A stretch of 64,000 nucleotides of DNA from Vicugna vicugna (Eukaryota). The DNA is taken from the NCBI GenBank assembly GCA_013265495.1, contig MU061230.1, positions 248,001 through 312,000 of the forward strand. Direction: 5' to 3'. Under the pieces are notes generated by a model. The model saw only the letters and a list, made by a program, of their open reading frames with translations, was not told the DNA's origin and searched no databases. Below, one piece after another: positions 60,344 through 64,000 of this stretch. Within the stretch, counting starts at the first letter, position 1, and each line of letters opens with the position of its first letter. The position numbers and the translations under genes are program-made.

Positions 60344-60704
60344 TGCTACTGGGAAAAAGGAAAATAAGAATTACCTCGGTTCTTAGTCCCCTGAAAAAAA
60401 GATTTTTGCCGAGAGACAGAACGCGTGATATAAGCAAGATTTTTATTAGTGAAGTTAAAAAAAAAAAAAAAGTAAAAGATAGTACACTCCCGAGAATTGG
60501 GAGCAGGCCAATCCAAGAGAGGAAAAATGGCGCTGTTCCTTTGTTGTTTTGTTTTTGTATCCTGGTTTCATGATTGATAGATTGATTGACTCAGGTTCCC
60601 TGCACTCTGGTTGATTGACAGCTCAGGTTCCTTGTGTTGTGGGTTGTTCCTTTCCCCTTCCTCTCCCCTGGCCCAGTGCTCATTTCTGTCTAAATTCCCT
60701 AACA
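60344..60704 (-). mobile_element. ERV1-class solo LTR (361 bp)
   Basis: TG...CA termini, 4-bp TSD GTAG (60340-60343 / 60705-60708), AATAAA on the minus strand at 60442-60447. Confidence 0.75.
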
Positions 60705-62519
60705 GTAGGAGAGTAACGTTCTCCACTATCGCCTTGGAGGAATTCATCGGTGCATGAGTGGCGGCCCTCCTGATGGGCAGTGGTCACCTTGTGCAGTTCT
60801 CACATCACTAAGATGCAGGGTGAGGCCAAAGTCTTTCCTATATTTTATTGACAGATAAATTGAAGTGATAAAGATTAAATAGCTTTCCCAGGAATAATGA
60901 GTCAGTAATAAATGTTATGCCAACCATTAGAGGTTGGTCCATTGACAGTATTCTTCTACAGTAAATCTCAAATAAACATAATAAATAGCCTAAGCACAAA
61001 TGCCAGCTTTGTGAAGATCCCAGTGCAGAATCTTGGATGGGTTCCCTGTTTCTCTGCCCTTAGTCCCCTGAAGCATCCTCTTTTTCTCAACAGGCTTAGA
61101 TGTTCAATCCAACTGCCCTTTAGCCCAATCCCCCTTCTAAGCTGAGATCCTGTGACCTACTTTCTCCTCCCCTTTAACAAGCAAGTATAGTTTCCCAAAG
61201 ATTGCTGAGTGCTCAGTTTGTTTCTACACACTTCGCTTAAGGTCTCTGCTATTATTTCCAGTTTACAGATGTTCTAATACCATATATTTAAGACCAGATT
61301 CCATCCCTGGAACTCTCTCTTGGTTCTCCCTATTCAACCTTATAGACTCCCATAGAATATGCCTTTCAGTTAATGTATTCCCACTGTAGACGTCTTGACT
61401 GTTCTAATGGAGAAATCTGGACGCTGGGTATCTGTGTGTGGCAAGATGGGAGTGTTGCCTAAGGACTGGACAAGGCCTTCTCTCCAACCATCCTTGGACA
61501 GTAAATGTTTGGCCCTTTTACCCCAGGAAGCGTCACAAAGAAATTTCCTTTCTCTGTTCACAGTGTTGGATCTATTTCTGCTGCATGGCATGAGGTTGTT
61601 TTATAAACTGAAATAGCCTCGTCCCTTTATTCTCATTTTTCTGTAACTCCACCCTGCTGCTCTTCTTGTTTCTTCTCTTAGCAAGTTATTGTATTTGCTA
61701 AAGGATCTACAAGGTCCATGATGGGCAGTGCGTGTTAGGGTGTGAGGAGGTGGGACTATAAATTGGAAACACAGCTGCAAAATGGAGGGAGGTGAGGCCA
61801 ATGCTTTTCTCTAATTAAACAAAACTATTTCAAGTTTTCAACGATCATATGGCCATGCTTATTAATCATCATCATGATTCAAATAGTGAACAAAGTGCCA
61901 TGTTCTTTTACATGTATTGAATCCTATATGATACTTAAGGCATGTTCTCCCATTTTTTTTTAAACTTCCTTTTACGGTTGAAAAAAACTGAAGTTAGAAT
62001 TTATACAGCTTGTCCAAGGCCACACAGCCATTAAATGGTACAGCAAGTTTCAAGCCCAGGTCGGGATGACACCCAAGCCCACATTGTGATGCTTCTCTGT
62101 ACTCAAATGTGGTCTGAGAGGTCCAGTGGGAAGAATTTTTTTTTAAATAAAACACATAAACGCACAAAATCTGTGCAATCTGGTATGTTGCAGGATAAAT
62201 GTAAATGGAATCACACACAGATGGTTCTAATTAGTATCATTCTTAGGCAATCAAATCAATTTTTTTTTTTTTTTACTGTTTCTTTCCTCATTTTGTTAGT
62301 TTTCAACTATCTGCAGTCACTTTCCCCAGATGCCTGGAAGGTCATTTCTTGTCTCCCACGTGGTATGCATGTGATGACAAAGTCAGAGGCTCTTCTATGT
62401 TTGGAAGGCCCTGGGTATTACCAAGCAGTTTGTAATTCATCTTTTCTCAAATTCAAACTGTAAATAATTATCCCTTTCCAAATGTATTAGGTTTTCGTGC
62501 TACCAGGATTTTACAGAGC

Positions 62520-62740
62520 AGCGACTCAGAGGCTGGGCTTTGGTATTTCATCAGCCACTGTTTGCAGTTCTCTCTCTGCCATTTTCTAGCTGTGTGACCT
62601 TGGCTATATGCTTCCTAAATTTCAGTTTTCCTCTGTAGAAAAGGTATATAACAGTAGTGCTTAGTGTGGTGATTAGGATTCAATAAGCTAAAGCTGAAAT
62701 GCACTTAGTATAATCCTTGACATAGTAAACACTCAAATGT
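62520..62740 (+). mobile_element. MIR SINE
   Basis: ctagctgtgtgaccttggc...tttcctctgtagaaaagg...catagtaaacactcaaatgttagctg. Confidence 0.65.
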
Positions 62741-63009
62741 TAGCTGTTCTACTAAGAGTAAAATACTAATCCCATACTTGTCTCTGTTATGCGATGTGAG
62801 AAGGCAAGAAGCGGCTGAATGAATCCTGTGAATTGCATAATGTTCAGATTTTTTTCAGGGTCAACATTATGTTCTATAAATCCTACAGTGTAATAGGAAG
62901 TATCCATTCAGAATGGATCCTTCTGAATTAGGAGATTGAAAATACTAGCAGATGGCTTTCTGATGGGTTCAATTCACTTTGTTTTCCCTATTTCTTTTCT
63001 TATTTAATT

Positions 63010-63790
63010 TATATTTATTTTTCCCAGTTTTATTGATGTATAATTGACAAATGAGTATATGTTTAAAGTATACATGATTTTTATAGGTGTATATTCACTT
63101 TATTTTTTGTTCAGATTTATTAAGGTTTAATTGACAAAGAAAATTGTCAGGTATTTAAAGTGCACATCGTGATGATTCGATATACATATGCATTGTGAAA
63201 AATGACCATACCCAGGTTCATTGACACCGTATCCTTACATAGTTACCTTTTCTGTGTGTGTGTGGTGAGAATGCTTAAGATTTNNNNNNNNNNNNNNNNN
63301 NNNNNNNNNNNNNNNNNNNNNNNNNNNNNNNNNNNNNNNNNNNNNNNNNNNNNNNNNNNNNNNNNNNNNNNNNNNNNNNNNNNNNNNNNNNNNNNNNNNN
63401 NNNNNNNNNNNNNNNNNNNTACTAGCATTCTACTGTTTCTGAGTTCAACTTTTTTTAAATTTTAGATTCCACACATAAGTGACAGCATGCAGTATTTCTT
63501 TGTCTTATTTCACTTAGCATATTGTCCCCTAGTTTTATGATATATTCTTTAACCATTCATCTGTTGATGGACACTTAGGTTGTTTCCATACATGAGCTAT
63601 TGTGAAAATGCTGCAATGACTATAGGAGTGCAGATTCTCTTTGAGATAACTGATTTTGTTTCCTTTGTGTATGTACCCAGAAATGGAATTGCTGGATCAC
63701 GTGGTAATTTTTATATTTTTTAATTTATTGAAGAATCTTCATACTGTTTCCCTAACGGCTATACCAATTTACATTCTCATGAACAGTGTA
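63010..63790 (-). mobile_element. L1 (L1MA-like) 3' region spanning the gap, with a second short 3' end at ~63010-63080
   Basis: tttattaaggtttaattgacaaa...gtggtgagaatgcttaagat[N]...gttgatggacacttaggttgtttcca...tacccagaaatggaattgctggatca. Confidence 0.8.
63284..63419. other. Assembly gap (136 N)
   Basis: N run. Confidence 1.
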
Positions 63791-64000
63791 TCTTTTTTTT
63801 TGGTGATGTGTCATGTGTTTTCATGTGGATATAAGAGGATTTCAAACTTAAATTTTAAAATCTGTGTGAGCACTGCTCTTCCCAGAGTTTAAGGTTAACA
63901 TGAGGAGAAACTGTATTTTCTGTTCTGGATAGTTTTTCTGGGGAGATGTTTCCAGGACTTGTTTCTGTGTTTCAGAACCAGCCACAATATTGTCTTTTTC

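Overview
Mammalian genomic DNA, very likely camelid (Camelus/Lama/Vicugna), judged from Vic-1-type tRNA-derived SINEs and camelid-style L1 3' ends. The first ~7 kb hold the 5' end of IVNS1ABP (NS1-BP, a BTB-Kelch gene) on the minus strand: a CpG-island promoter (~5.7-7.3 kb), exon 1 (~6485-6768) and exon 2 (312-533). Both exons are 5'UTR; the main CDS starts beyond the left edge. The gene call rests on my memory of the human mRNA leader and was not checked by a search. The other ~57 kb is repeat-rich intergenic DNA (L2, MIR, MaLR/ERV LTRs, hAT/Tigger MITEs, truncated L1s) with three N gaps and no supportable protein-coding gene. Most interesting points: (1) a spliced 24-aa uORF with four in-frame ATGs across exons 1-2 and an overlapping 31-aa +1 uORF; (2) three exon-like cassettes in intron 1, two of which would extend the uORF peptide in frame and one of which would truncate it, a hypothetical splice-tunable uORF; (3) a tailless, 3'-truncated 7SK retrocopy whose 5' part should fill an adjacent 135-N gap; (4) a perfect TSD-SINE-TSD-SINE-TSD-SINE-TSD array with a 140-bp period; (5) an orphan CpG-rich island at ~58.3-59.3 kb with an exon-like segment and a G4 motif. 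No novel biological system is demonstrated; the uORF/cassette-exon idea is the best testable lead. Repeat subfamily names come from recalled consensus sequences and are approximate.
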